Shown piece after piece: positions 1 through 12,710 of a stretch of DNA of 64,000 nucleotides. Position numbers and translations under genes: made by a program. Positions within the stretch are counted from its first letter, which is position 1; each line of letters begins with the position of its first letter. The DNA is from Chiloscyllium plagiosum (Eukaryota): assembly GCF_004010195.1 (NCBI RefSeq), contig NC_057717.1:106329127-106393126 (forward strand), read 5' to 3'. The notes below the pieces were generated by a model. That model was not told where the DNA came from. It was given only the letters and a program-made list of their open reading frames with translations, and searched no databases.

Positions 1-490
1 GGTGGGATAGGTGGGAAGGAAGTTAGGAGGATGGGGATAGGTGGGAAGAAAGATAGACAGGTGGGGATAGGTGGGAAGGAAGATAGACGGATGGGATAGG
101 TAGGAAAGAAGCTAGATGGGTGGGGACATGTGGGATGGAAGATAGATTGGTGGGATAGGTGGGAAAGATGATAGACGGATGGGGATAGATGGGAAGGAAG
201 ATAGACGCGTGGGGACAGGTGGGAAGGAAGATAGACGGATGGGGATAGGTAGGAATGCAGATAGACGAGAAAGCAGATAGATGGGTGGGGACAGATGGGA
301 ACGAAAGATTGACGGTGTGGACAGGTGGGAAGGAAGATAGGCGGGGTGGTGACAAGTGGGAAGGAAGGTAGACGGGAGGGAAGATTGAGAGGTGGGGATA
401 GGTGGGAGAGAAGATAGACGGGTGGGACAGGTGGGAGGGAAGACAAACGAGTGGAGATAGGTGGGAAGGAGGAGTTGGGTGGATAGAGAA
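1..490 (+). repeat. Purine/G-rich minisatellite, ~30-bp unit (ggggataggtgggaaggaagatagacggat)
   Basis: About 16 degenerate tandem units; runs off the window start. Confidence 0.9.
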
Positions 491-921
491 TTGACTAATG
501 AGCAAGAAACAGTGAGTGGGGATTAGGGGTTCTTTTTCAAGTTGGCGACCTGTGACCAGTGAGGTCCCACCTGAATTAGTGCTGGGACAGCAACTGTTTA
601 TGATATAAAAGGAGGAAGCAAATTTACTGTAGTTTGCAAAATGTTGGTAAATGGAGTATAATGTGAGAAAATGTGAAGTTATTCACTTTGGAAAGGAGAA
701 CAAAAGACTAAAATATTATTTTAATGGAGAGAAACTGCAGAAATCTGCAACACAGGTGCAGCAGGAATCAAGAAGGGCAATAGAATGTTGGCCTTATTTC
801 AATGGTGTTAGGGCAATTGATTTCCCAAAATGCATCACTCAACTTATCCGGATTAAACTCCATCTTCCATTTCTCCACCTAACTTTCCATTTGGTCTTTA
901 TTCTGCTGTGTCCTTTGATAT

Positions 922-3430
922 AAAGAACTAAGAAAATTTACAGCCCAGGAACAGGCCCTTTGGCCCCCCAAGCCTGAGCCGATCCAAATGTACTGCCTAA
1001 ACCTGTTGGTCAATTCTTAAGCATCTGTATCCCTCTGCTCCCCACCTACTCATGCATTTATCCAGACGCATCTTAAATGAATCTACCGTGCCTGCCTCTA
1101 CCACCTCTGCTGGCAACGTGTTCCAAACACCCACCACCCTCTGTGTGAAGTAATGCGGCGTGTATTCCCCTTAAACTTTCCACCTCTCGCCTTGAAAACG
1201 TGACCTCTCGTTATTGAATCCTTCACCCTGGGAAAAAGCTTGTCTCTATCCACCTGGACTGTGGGAGGAAACCAGAGCACCCGGAGGAAACCCACGCAGA
1301 CACGGGGAGAACGTGCAAACTCCACACAGTCAGTCGCCTGAGGTGGGAATTGAACCCGGGTCTCTGGCGCTGCGAGGCAACAGTGCTAACCACTGTGCCA
1401 CCGTGCCGCCCAGCATTCTTCATAGCTAGTACTTTCCATACCAGGCAACATCCTTGCAAACCTTCTCTGCACCCTCTCCAAAGTGTCCACATCCTTTTGT
1501 ACACAGTATTCTAAATGCGGCCCAAACAATGTCTTGTACAATGTTAACATGACTTGCCAGCTCTTCTCCTCAATACCCCGTCCAATGAAGGCAAGCATAC
1601 TATGTGCCTTCTTGACCACTCTATCCACCTGTGCAGCAACCTTCAGGGTACAATGAACCTGCACTCCCAGATCTCTCTTCCCATCAACTTTTCTCAAGGC
1701 TCTTCCGTTCATTGTATAATTCGCTCTCAAATTAGTCTTGCCTAAATGCATCACCTCACATTTGTCTGGATCGAAAACCATCTGCCACTTTTCTGCCCAA
1801 CTCTCTATCTATATCCTCCTGTATTCTCTGACAGTCCCTTATGCTTTCTGCTACTCCACCAATCTTCATGTCATCTGCAAACTTGCTAATCATACCAACA
1901 GCGCGCTCTTCCAGATCATTTGTATATATTCCAAATAACAGTGGCCCCAACACTGATCCCTGTGGAACACCACTGGTCATCTTTCTCCATTTCAAGAAAC
2001 TCCCTTCAACTACTACTCTCTGTCTCCTGTTTCTCAACCAGTTCTTTATCCACCTAGCTACAACACCAAGCACACCATATGACTTCAATTTCTCCATTAG
2101 TCTACCATGGGGAACCTAATCAAACGCCTTACTAAAATCCATGTATATGACATCAACAGCCCTTCCTTTATCTATCAACTTGGTCACTTCCTCAAAGTTG
2201 GTAAGGCATGATCTCCCCTGCACAAAACCCTGTTGCCTATCACTGATAAGCCCATTCTTTTCTAAGTATAAATAGATCCTATCCCTCAGTACCTTTCAGT
2301 ACCTTCTCCAGCAACTTTCCCACCACCGACGTCAGGCTCACTGGTCTGTAGTTATCCGGAATATCCCTACTACCGTTCTTGTACAAGGGAACAACATGAG
2401 CAACCCTCCAGTCCTCCGGCACCTCACCTGTATTTAAGGATGCCACAAAGAAATCTGTCAGGACTCCAACTATTTCCTCTGTTGCCTCCCTCAGCAATCT
2501 GGGATAGATCCCATCCAGTCCTGGGGATTTGTCCACCTTAATAACCTCTAGCCTACCCAACACATCTTCCCTACTTATGTCAACGTAATCCAGACTAATC
2601 AAACTTCTATCTCTAATCTCAGGATTCATCATGTTCCTCTCCTCAGTGAACACTGATGCAAAGTAATCATTCGGAATCTCACCCATTCTTTCAGGTTTGA
2701 CACACAGCTTTCCTTTGTTATCCTTTAGTGGACCAATCCTTTCTCTAGTTACCCGCTTGCTTCTTATATAAGAATAAAATGCTTTGGGATTCTCCTTAAT
2801 TCTGCTTGCTAAAGCTATTAAATGACCCCTTTTAGCCCGCTTGATTCCTCATTTAAGACTTGTCCTGCTCTTCCGATATTCTTCCAGGGCCCGTTCTGTT
2901 CTTAGCTGCCTAGACCTTTTGTATGCTTCCTTTTTACTGTCATCCATGGTTCACGAATCTTGCCCTTCCTATCCTTTGCCTTCAATGGGACATGCCTATC
3001 CTACACTATCTTTAACCTATCTTTGAAAGCCTCCCACATCTCAAATGTGGACTTCCCTTCAAATAGCAGTGTCCATTCCACATTTCCGAGCTCCTACCTA
3101 ATTTTGATATAATTGGCCTTGGCCCAGTTTAGTACTCTTCCCTTAGGACCACTCTATTCTTTATCCACGAGTATTCTAAAACTTACAGAATTGTGGTCAC
3201 TGTTCCCAAAGAAATCCCCCACCGCAACATCTACCACCTGTCCTGGCTAGTTCCCCAGTACCAGTCCAATATGGCCCCTTCCCTCATCAGACTACTCACA
3301 TACTGCTCTAGAAAACTCTCCTGGACTTTTCTTACAAATTCTACCCCATCCAGACCTCTGACGTTAAGTGTATCCCAGTAAATGTTGGGAAAATTAAAAT
3401 CTCCCATCACCACTACCCTATTGCCTATCT
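922..3430 (-). mobile_element. CR1 LINE, decayed ORF2 (endonuclease end + RT) with 3' end
   Basis: MGDFNFP, KSPGxDG, NYRPVSLTS, SGVPQGSVLGP, KFADD motifs across broken ORFs. Confidence 0.9.
1256..1411 (-). mobile_element. HE1-type SINE 5' fragment nested in the CR1
   Basis: gggcggcacggtggcacagtggttagcac...ccgggttcaattcc, with tRNA-like A and B boxes. Confidence 0.8.
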
Positions 3431-3469
3431 TTCCTCATTATCCTTCACCAAGTCATCTACAAACTTATT

Positions 3470-4495
3470 AATCAGACCACTGACATTTTCATCTAAATTA
3501 TTTATTACCAACAACTGAGGTCCTGTGCTAAATCCTTACGGAACACCACTAGTCACAGACCTTCAGTCAGAAAAATAACCTTTGACAAATACCCCCTGTC
3601 TTCTCTGGCCATGCCACATTTTGTATCCAACTTGTCAATTCACCATGAATTCCATGTGGTTTGATTTACTGAACCAGCCTACCACGGGAGACTTTGTAAA
3701 ATGCTTTAGTGAAATCCATATAGCTAACATCTGCTGCCTAATCCTCATCCATCATCTTTGTCACTTCCTCAAAAAACGCAATCATGTTCATAATATTTGC
3801 ATAAAGCCATACTGACTATCCTTATTAAGTCCATTCTTTTACAAATGCAAGTAAATCTTGTCCCTAAGAATCTTCTCCAGTAATTTCCATACCACTGACA
3901 TAAAACTCACCAGATTATAATTTCCTGGATTATCCCTGTTGTCCTTCTTAAACAAAGGAACAGCATTGGCTATTTGCCAGTATTCTTGGACCTCGCCTGT
4001 GGCTCAAGACTACACAAAGAGCTTTTTCAAGGCCCCAGCAATGTCCTCCCTTGCCTCCTTCTGTATCTTGGTATAGATCCGATCAGGCCCTGGGAACTTA
4101 TCTATCTTAATGTTTTTTGAGACACCAACACCTTTTTAATATTTTCATGCCTTATAGTATCAACAAAGCCTGCTCTAAACTTATGATCTCTAACCTTACG
4201 TTTTTCTCCTTGGTGAAGTACTAATTAAGGACATCACACACTTCTTCTGGCTCAATGCATAAATTCCTTCCTTTGTCCTTGAATGGATCTACCCTTTCTG
4301 TCGTTACCTTCCCACTCTAATATGTGTATAAAATACCTTGGGATTCTCCTTAATCCTACTTGCCAAGCATGTTTCATGGACTCTTCAAGCCCTCCTAATT
4401 TTTTTTAAAAATTATTTTTTGCTTCCCTTATATTCCTGAAAGGCCTTATTTGATTTATGTTTCCCAAACCTTAAATATTCTTCCTTTTTATTTAA
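3470..4495 (-). mobile_element. Older CR1 RT fragment
   Basis: Degenerate similarity to the neighbouring CR1 RT region. Confidence 0.75.
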
Positions 4496-4499
4496 ACCT

Positions 4500-7400
4500 A
4501 GAGTTATACAGTCATAGAAATGTACAGCATGGAAACAGACCCTTCGGTCCAACCCGTCGATGCCGACCAGATATCCCAACCCAATCTAGTCCCACCTGCC
4601 AGCACCCAGCCCATATCCCTCCAAACCCTTTCTATTCACATACCCATCCAAATGCCTCTTAAATGTTGTCATTGTACCATCCTCCACTACTTCCTCTGGC
4701 AGCTCATTCCATACATGTACCACCCTCTGCGTGAAAACATTACCCCCATAGGTCTCTTTTATATATTTCCCCTCTCACCCTAAATCTATGCCCTCTAGTT
4801 CTGGAGTCACCAACCCCAGGGAAAAGACTTTGTCTATTTATCCTATCCATGCACCTCATAAGGTCTAAACCTCGATAAGGTCTATAACCTCAGCCTCCAA
4901 CGCTCTAGGGAAAACAGCCCTAGCCTGTTCAGCCTCTCCTTGTAGCGCAGATCCTCCAACCCTGGCAACATCCTTTTAAATCTTTTCTGAACCCTTTCAA
5001 GTTTCACAACATCTTTCCGATAGGAAGGAGACCAGAACTGCACGCAATATTTCAACAGTGGCCTAACCAATGTCCTGTACAGCCGCAACATGACCTCCCA
5101 ACTCCTGTACTCAATACTCTGACCAATAAAGGAAAGCATACCAAACGCCTTCTTCACTATCCTATCCACCTGCGACTCCAGTTTCAAAGACATATGAACC
5201 TGCACTCCAAGGTCTCTTTGTTCAGCAACACTCCCTAGGACCTTACCATTAAGTGTATAAGTCCTGCTAAGATTTGCTTTCCCAAAATGCAGCACCTCGC
5301 ATTTATCTGAATTAAACTCCATCTGCCCCTGTATTCCATGAGATCTAACCTTGCTCATCAGCATCCCATGGGTAACCTTGTCGAACTCCTTATTAAGTCC
5401 ATATAGATCACATCTACTGCTCTGCCCTCATTAATCTTCTTTGTTACTTCTTCAAAAAACTCAATCAAGTTTGTGAGACATGATTTCCCACGCACAAAGC
5501 CATGTTGACTATCCCTAATCAGTCCTTGCCTTTCCAAATACATGTACATCCTGTCCCTCAGGATTCCCTCCAACAACTTGCCCACCACTGAGGTCAGGCT
5601 CACCGGTGTATAGTTCCCTGGCTTGTCTTTACCGCCCTTCTTAAACAGTGGCACCACGTTTGCCAACCTCCAGTCTTCCGGCACCTCACCTGTGACTATT
5701 GATGATACAAATATCTCAGCAAGAGGCCCAGCAATCACTTCTCTAGTTTCCCACAGGGTTCTTGGGTACACCTGATCAGGTCCTGGGGATTTATCCACTT
5801 TTAACCGTTTCAAGACATCCAGCATCTCCTCCTCTGTAATCTGGACATTTTGAAAGATGTCACCATCTATTTCCCGACTGTCTATATCTTCCATATCCTT
5901 TTCCACAGTAAATACTGATGCAAAATATTCATTTAGTATCTCCCCCATTTTCTATGGCTCCACACAAAGGCCGCCTTGCTGATCTTTGAGGGGCCCTATT
6001 CTCTCCCTAGTTACCCTTTTGTCCTTAATATATTTGTAAAAACCCTTTGGATTCTCCTTAATTCTATTTGCCAACGCTATCTCATGTCCCCTTTTTGCCC
6101 TCCTGATTTCCCTCTTAAGTATACTCCTACTTTCTTTATACTCTCCAAAGGATTCACTCGATCTCTCCTGTCTATATCTGACATATGCTTCCTTCTTTTT
6201 CTTAACAAAACCCTCAATTTCTTTAGTCATCCAGCATTTCCTATACCTACCAGCCTTCCCTTTCACCCTGACAGGAATATACTTTCTTTGGATTCTTGTC
6301 ATCTCATTTCTGAAGGCTTCCCATTTTCCGGCCGTCCCTTTACCTGCGAACATCTGCCTCCAATCAGCTTTTGAAAGTTCTTGCCTAATACTATCAAAAT
6401 TGGCCTTTCTGCAATTTAGAACTTCAACTTTTAGATCTGGTCTATCCTTTTCCATCACTATTTTAAAACGAATAGAATTATGGTCGCCCTCCCCAAAGTG
6501 CTACCCCAATGACACCTCAGTCACCTGCCCTGCCTTATTTCTCAAGAGTAGTTCAAGTTTTGCACCTTCTCTAGTCGGCACATCCACATACTGAATCAGA
6601 AAATTGTCTTGTACACACTGAAGAAATTCCTCTCCATCTAAACCTTTAACACTATGGCAGCCCTGGTCGATGTTTGGAAAGTTAAAATCCCCTACCATAA
6701 CTACCCTATTATTCTTACAGATAGCTGAGATCTCCTTACAAGTTTGTTTCTTAATTTCCCTCTGACTATTGGGGAGTCTATAATACAATCCCAATAAGGT
6801 GATCATCTCTTCCTTATTTCTCGGTTCCACCCTAATAACTTCCCTGGATGCATTTCCGGGAATATCCTCCCTCAGCACAGCTGTAATGCTATCCCTTATC
6901 AAAAATGCCACTCCCCCTCCTCTCTTGCCTCCCTTTCTATCCTTCCTGTAGCATTTGTATCCTGGAACATTAAGCTGCCAGTCCTGCCCATCCCTGAGCC
7001 ATGTTTCTGTAATTGCTATGATATCCCAGTCCCATGTTGCTAACCATGCCCTGAGTTCATCTGCCTTCCCTTTTAGGCCCCTTGCATTGAAATAAATGTA
7101 GTTTATTTATTAGTTCTACCTTGTCCCTGCCTGCCCTGACTGTGACTCACTTCTGTTCTCAGCTGTACCAGTCTCAGATTGATCTCTTTCCTCACTATCT
7201 CCTTGGGTCCCACCCCACCACCTTACTCGTTTAAATCCTCCCGAGCAAATCTCGCTGCCAGTGTATTAGTCCCCTTCCAATTTAGGTGCAATCCATCCTT
7301 CTTGTACAGGTCACTTCTACCCCAAAAGAGATTCCAATGATCCAAAAATGTGAATCCTTCTCCCATACACCAGCTCCTCAGCCATGCATTCATCTGCTCT

Positions 7401-9046
7401 ATCCTCCTATTCCTGCCCTCACTAGCTNNNNNNNNNNNNNNNNNNNNNNNNNNNNNNNNNNNNNNNNNNNNNNNNNNNNNNNNNNNNNNNNNNNNNNNNN
7501 NNNNNNNNNNNNNNNNNNNNNNNNNNNNNNNNNNNNNNNNNNNNNNNNNNNNNNNNNNNNNNNNNNNNNNNNNNNNNNNNNNNNNNNNNNNNNNNNNNNN
7601 NNNNNNNNNNNNNNNNNNNNNNNNNNNNNNNNNNNNNNNNNNNNNNNNNNNNNNNNNNNNNNNNNNNNNNNNNNNNNNNNNNNNNNNNNNNNNNNNNNNN
7701 NNNNNNNNNNNNNNNNNNNNNNNNNNNNNNNNNNNNNNNNNNNNNNNNNNNNNNNNNNNNNNNNNNNNNNNNNNNNNNNNNNNNNNNNNNNNNNNNNNNN
7801 NNNNNNNNNNNNNNNNNNNNNNNNNNNNNNNNNNNNNNNNNNNNNNNNNNNNNNNNNNNNNNNNNNNNNNNNNNNNNNNNNNNNNNNNNNNNNNNNNNNN
7901 NNNNNNNNNNNNNNNNNNNNNNNNNNNNNNNNNNNNNNNNNNNNNNNNNNNNNNNNNNNNNNNNNNNNNNNNNNNNNNNNNNNNNNNNNNNNNNNNNNNN
8001 NNNNNNNNNNNNNNNNNNNNNNNNNNNNNNNNNNNNNNNNNNNNNNNNNNNNNNNNNNNNNNNNNNNNNNNNNNNNNNNNNNNNNNNNNNNNNNNNNNNN
8101 NNNNNNNNNNNNNNNNNNNNNNNNNNNNNNNNNNNNNNNNNNNNNNNNNNNNNNNNNNNNNNNNNNNNNNNNNNNNNNNNNNNNNNNNNNNNNNNNNNNN
8201 NNNNNNNNNNNNNNNNNNNNNNNNNNNNNNNNNNNNNNNNNNNNNNNNNNNNNNNNNNNNNNNNNNNNNNNNNNNNNNNNNNNNNNNNNNNNNNNNNNNN
8301 NNNNNNNNNNNNNNNNNNNNNNNNNNNNNCCCCCCTTCCTCTAACTGCCATCCATCACATACTGTTGCTGTTGCAAATTCCTCATCGCTTCTATCAGTCT
8401 CTCCACTCGATCTGATAAGATTCGCATCCAACAGCATTTATGGCAGATATAATCCGCAGTAACCCTTAAACTCTCTTTAAACTCCCACATCTGACAAGAA
8501 GTGCATATCACTGCAAAGGCCATTTTTGCTCCTTCACAATCTACAGACCCAGAAAATAACATTGTCTTATTCCTCTACAAACACTGTCCCAGGTTAAATT
8601 AATAGCTATGGCTTACATTTTAAGTTTAATCAAGAGACTTATCTCCAAAAACATATAATCAAGAAAGAATCCACTACTCACTACTGCAGCCTTTCTCTTG
8701 GACAGACTTAAAACAACAATTAACTTGTCTGATTCTGTGCTGTGAACTTCGCCCAACAGTTCCTCCAAGATTAGTTGTGAATTTCACTGTTTGATAATTT
8801 TCCCAGATGCACTCCGATGTCCAGTGATACACAAATTCAAACAGCAAAGGCAGTAACTGTGCAGGTTCTCCCTCTCTCCCTCTCTCCTGCACTGTCCTCA
8901 CCATGTGCTTCCTTTATCTGCTCTTCTCCCTTTTAAAGTGCTGTTGTTTTGACTTTTTTTTTCCAAAATTCCAAAACAATGCAACAGCATATAAAATAGT
9001 AATTGCTGCTCCTGGAATTCGAGGAAATCACCTCCAACACCTAAAC
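4500..9046 (-). mobile_element. Near full-length CR1 LINE (Zn-finger/esterase ORF1, APE-RT ORF2), with gap and internal RT deletion near 5325
   Basis: ORF1 CTSCQMWE...CHKC and DGLHLN; ORF2 endonuclease and RT motifs; 3' UTR at 4500. Confidence 0.92.
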
Positions 9047-9325
9047 CAAGGTTACCAAATCTTTCCATCCTTATCTTTCATCCTCACAGGAAAATACTGG
9101 TCCCTGAATCTTGGTCAACTGGTTTTTAAAAGATTCCTACATGACTTTCTACAATAAACCCACGTTATCTGCATTGTCTTTGATCAATAACTGCTCATTA
9201 ACCCAGCTGTGATCAAGACGAAATTGCATTTGTCTGTTAATCTGTTTTACTCCACTCTGAAGTATCATTCCTTATAAAGCCTGTATCAACCTACATTAAA
9301 TCAGACAGGTTCCACTTATCATCAG

Positions 9326-9535
9326 GAGAAAGTAAGGTCTGCAGATGCTGGAGATCAGAGCTGGAAATGTGTTGCTGGAAAAGCGCAGCAGGTCAGGCAG
9401 CATCCAGGGAACAGGAGAATCGACGTTTCGGGCATAAGCCCTTTCCTGAAGAAGGGCTTATGCCCGAAACGTCGATTCTCCTGTTCCCTGGATGCTGCCT
9501 GACCTGCTGCGCTTTTCCAGCAACACATTTCCAGC
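9326..9535. mobile_element. Short palindromic Penelope-derived insertion with 15-bp TSD
   Basis: TSD tccacttatcatcag at 9311-9325 and 9536-9550; ~86-bp perfect inverted arms; termini resemble the GIY-YIG Penelope at 11-12 kb. Confidence 0.85.
9444..9475 (+). ncRNA. Minimal type I hammerhead ribozyme motif
   Basis: tc-CTGAAGA-a-GGGC(ttat)GCCC-GAAAC-GTC-ga: conserved core, stem II, palindromic loopless stem III, GUC site. Confidence 0.7.
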
Positions 9536-9607
9536 TCCACTTATCATCAGCAATGCCACCCCATGCCGCTGTATTTCTTTAATGCCAGGTCTTGAGTTTA
9601 TACTTAC

Positions 9608-9877
9608 TGTACACTGTGACATACTCTTTCACATCCTTTAGCTGAGGATCCAGACATTTCACAGAACATGCTAGTGTTAAATCCCACTTCTGGACACTTG
9701 GGAAATAGTCATTGTACCAAGTTCTGCCCTTTGTTCTAATGAAATTTACTCCTGGTTTATGTTCCACATTCATTGTTGGTTTTGGACATGTTGTGCTGCA
9801 GTTCATCTCGATGGCACCTCCAAATTCCACGGCTGGGGGGTTTACATCGATTGAAACTTCAAATCCAGTTACAGTGG
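9608..9877 (-). CDS. Gene A exon: ICAM-type N-terminal Ig domain D1 (xTVTGFEVSIDVNPPAVEFGGAIEMNCSTTCPKP...W...LACSVKC...VTVY)
   Basis: Acceptor ttttcttggcag|CC, donor A|gtaagt, 270 nt, phase 1-1. Two C-x3-C pairs are diagnostic of ICAM/VCAM/MAdCAM D1; NCSTTC matches ICAM-2. Confidence 0.85.
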
Positions 9878-10131
9878 CTGCCAAGAAAACAAACCACAGT
9901 AAATACAAACAGACAGAATCCACAAGGCAACATATTGCATGTAACTCACTGACATAATAGTACATTTGAGGACAAAGTTTTTTGAATGCATACTTTAGGT
10001 AGAAGCAGATGATCACTTACTGAGGAGAGGAAGAAGTTAGTTAAACATGAGAGGAACTACAAAGGAATTAGAGAGAGAAATATGGGACAGAAGTTTTCTA
10101 GTGTGACATTTCATGATATAAAGCGACTAAT

Positions 10132-10348
10132 GGGCGGCACGGTGGCACAGTGGTTAGCACTGCTGCCTCACAGCGCCAGAGATCCGGGTTCANNNNNNNN
10201 NNNNNNNNNNNNNNNNNNNNNNNNNNNNNNNNNNNNNNNNNNNTAAGGGGTAAATGTAGGGGTATGGGTGGGTTTCGCTTCGGCGGGTCGGTGTGGACTT
10301 GTTGGGCCGAAGGGCCTGTTTCCACACTGTAATCTAATCTAATCTAAA
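10132..10348 (+). mobile_element. HE1-type tRNA-derived SINE (gapped)
   Basis: A box TGGCACAGTGG, B box GGGTTCA.., (TAATC)n tail. Confidence 0.88.
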
Positions 10349-10403
10349 CTTCAGGGCTGTCTCAATAAGCATGGTTTTCAGAACCATCAGAATGAATGGT
10401 TAC

Positions 10404-10458
10404 CTTTTACCCAGTACTAACTTAATAAATACAGGAGCTGCCACAGAGACATGCCCAT
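10404..10458 (-). pseudogene. Gene A leader (signal-peptide) exon with in-frame stop: MGMSLWQLLYLLS*YWVK
   Basis: ATG at 10458 in gacATGG context, hydrophobic core, phase-1 donor AAG|gtaacc that joins D1 as ...VK-A-TVTG/FEV; TAG at 10417-10419. Confidence 0.65.
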
Positions 10459-10999
10459 GTCCAGCGCAAGAAATGTCCTTAAAGTTTTTAAACACTTGGA
10501 AGTTAACTTTTTAATCCAGGGAACAATTTGTTTTTAAGCAGTTCCTTTAACACAGGTACTCACTTTGGATCCAGAAAGCCAGCACTGAAGGGATTATGTT
10601 GCTGTACATGCTGCTAAGAAACATCAATTGCTCAATTTGACACCAAACCCAGATAGTTTCAGATACAAGTGTATCAGTGAGACCGTAAGTGATGATTTCA
10701 ACATGTCCAAAACAAGTTTATTTGGCAGTTGAATGATTGTGTGCTGCATTTTAAATAGTAACGGTTTTATGTTATCTGTAAGTAGCACCCTTTAGTCCCT
10801 CAATGTGTGCTATACTGCACCGCCCAAAAACTGTAAGGAAAACTGAATATGAAAACAAAATGATTACAGTAAAAATGAATAGTCTCCTGATATGTCTTTC
10901 AACATTAAAAATGTTAATTTTCAAGGTTTGAAAGGCTTTAAGTACATTTCGACATTTTAGAAGGCTCCTCATATGAAGCCACATGGTTAGAGCTTACAA

Positions 11000-12058
11000 T
11001 AGGCCGAAAAGGGTGGGGTTGGAAAAGTACAGTTGTCAGGCAGCATCTGAGGAGCAGGAGAGTCGACGTTTCAGGCTTAACAGGGGAGGGGAAAGGGGAC
11101 TGAGAGATAAATATGAGTGGGTGGTAGGGTTGGGGGGGATGGTAGCTAGGAAGACGATGGGTATATGCAGGTGGGGAGGTGATGGTGATAGCTTGGAGTG
11201 GAGGGTGGAGTGGATTGGTGAGAAGGAAGATGGACAGATAGGACAGGTCAACAAGGCAGTGACGAGTTGGATGGTTGGATCTCGGTTGAGGTGGTGGGAG
11301 GGGAGATGAGGAAACTGGTGCAATTGATGTTGATGCCGTGTGATCAGAAGGTCCCAAGACAGAAGATGAAGCATTCTTCCTCCAGGCATTGGGCGGCTAG
11401 GGTTTGGCAGTGGAGGAGGCCCAGAACTTGGGAGAGGAGAGTTGAAGCAATTGGCCACAGGTCAGTGGGGTTGTTTGGTATGTGTCCCAGAGATGTTCTC
11501 TGAAACATTCTACGAGTTGGTATCCTGTCTCCCCAATGTAGAGGAGACCGCATCGAGAGCAACAGACACAGTAGATCAGGTGTTTGGATGTGCAGGAAAA
11601 TCTGTCTGATGTGGAAGGATCTTTTGGGGCCTTGGTTGGAAGTGAGGAAGGAAGTGTGAGCGCAGGGTTTACACTTCTTGCGATGGCAAGGGAAGGTACC
11701 GAGAATGGAGGGTGGGTTGGTGGGGGTCATGGACCTAACGAGGGAGTTGCAGAGAGAATGATCTCTGCGGAATGCTGATAGGGCTGGGGAGGGAAATGTA
11801 TCTCTGGTAGTGGGGTCTGACAGATGGTGGTGGAAATGGTGGAGGATGATGCGCTGTATCCAGAGATTAGTGGATTGGAAGGTGAGGACCAAAGGGATTC
11901 TATCCTTGGTGGGGGAGGCCATGAAATGGCATCAGGAATGCCACTGCTAGACATAAGACTCCAGTAAATGAGAGAGACAGTTTATTTCAGGGGATGGCGT
12001 TTGGTGTAGTAACCACTGAAGCTCTGATCTCCAGCATCTGCAGTCCTCACTTTCTCCT
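11000..12058 (-). mobile_element. Penelope-like element 3' part (GIY-YIG endonuclease region) with inverted terminal piece
   Basis: RIPLVLTF...SAFRRDHSL...GTFPCHRKKCKPC, CLEEECFIFCLGT; typical of the PLE linker and GIY-YIG domain. Confidence 0.85.
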
Positions 12059-12225
12059 ACATGACACTGACCCAGCTAGCTCAGATTTGGCTCATAGAGT
12101 GAACAGAACCCCTAACAGTCAGGACTCCCTGATTGGACCAGGTTAACAGCCTCAGTCAGGGAACTTATATTCTATAAGATCCACTCGACTGACACCGTTC
12201 AGATCACTACAAATAATAATTGAAG
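12059..12225 (-). mobile_element. Gypsy LTR fragment
   Basis: ccctgattggaccag...tcagggaact similar to the LTR at 53345-53815. Confidence 0.55.
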
Positions 12226-12264
12226 TTGAAGTTGAGGAATCTTTTGGAAACTGGCTCCCCACAG

Positions 12265-12710
12265 TTAGAGTCATACAGCATGGAAATAGACCGTTCAGTC
12301 CAGCCAGTCCATGCCAAACATAATCCCAAACTAAACTAGTCCTGTCTGCCTGTTCCTGGCCCATATCTGTCCAAGTCTTTCCTATTCATGTACTCATCCA
12401 AATGTCTTTTAAATGTTGTAATTGTATGCACATCCACCACTTCCTCAGGAAGTTCATTCCACACGCAAACCACTCTCTGTGTAAAAAAGATTCCTCCATC
12501 TTTTTCTAAATGCCTCATCTCACCTTACAAATATGTCCCCTAGTCTTGAAATTCCCCATCCTAGAGTTAAGCCAACTACCATTAACTCCGTCTATCGCCC
12601 TCATTATTTTATGTATTTCAATGTATCTCCTATGCTCCAGTGAAAAGAACTCCCAGCCTATCTAGCCTTTCTTTATAACTCAAACCATCCATACCTGACA
12701 ACATGTTCAA
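12265..12710 (-). mobile_element. CR1 3' fragment
   Basis: FFTQRVV..WNELP motif plus CR1 3' UTR. Confidence 0.8.

Noticed and set aside
23-505. 160-aa Pro/Ser/His-rich ORF
   Set aside because: Translation of the minisatellite.
9878-10016. Hydrophobic N-terminus of ORF 9579..10016 as a signal peptide
   Set aside because: It is the translated T-rich acceptor region; a clear acceptor at 9878 and a better leader exon at 10404-10458 exist. It cannot be fully excluded as a rescue start.
10021-10056. Micro-exon ending in ctca|gtaagt upstream of D1
   Set aside because: Contains TAA in the required phase-1 frame and does not resemble a leader.
10132-10192. tRNA gene
   Set aside because: The A/B boxes belong to SINE heads followed by SINE body and tail.
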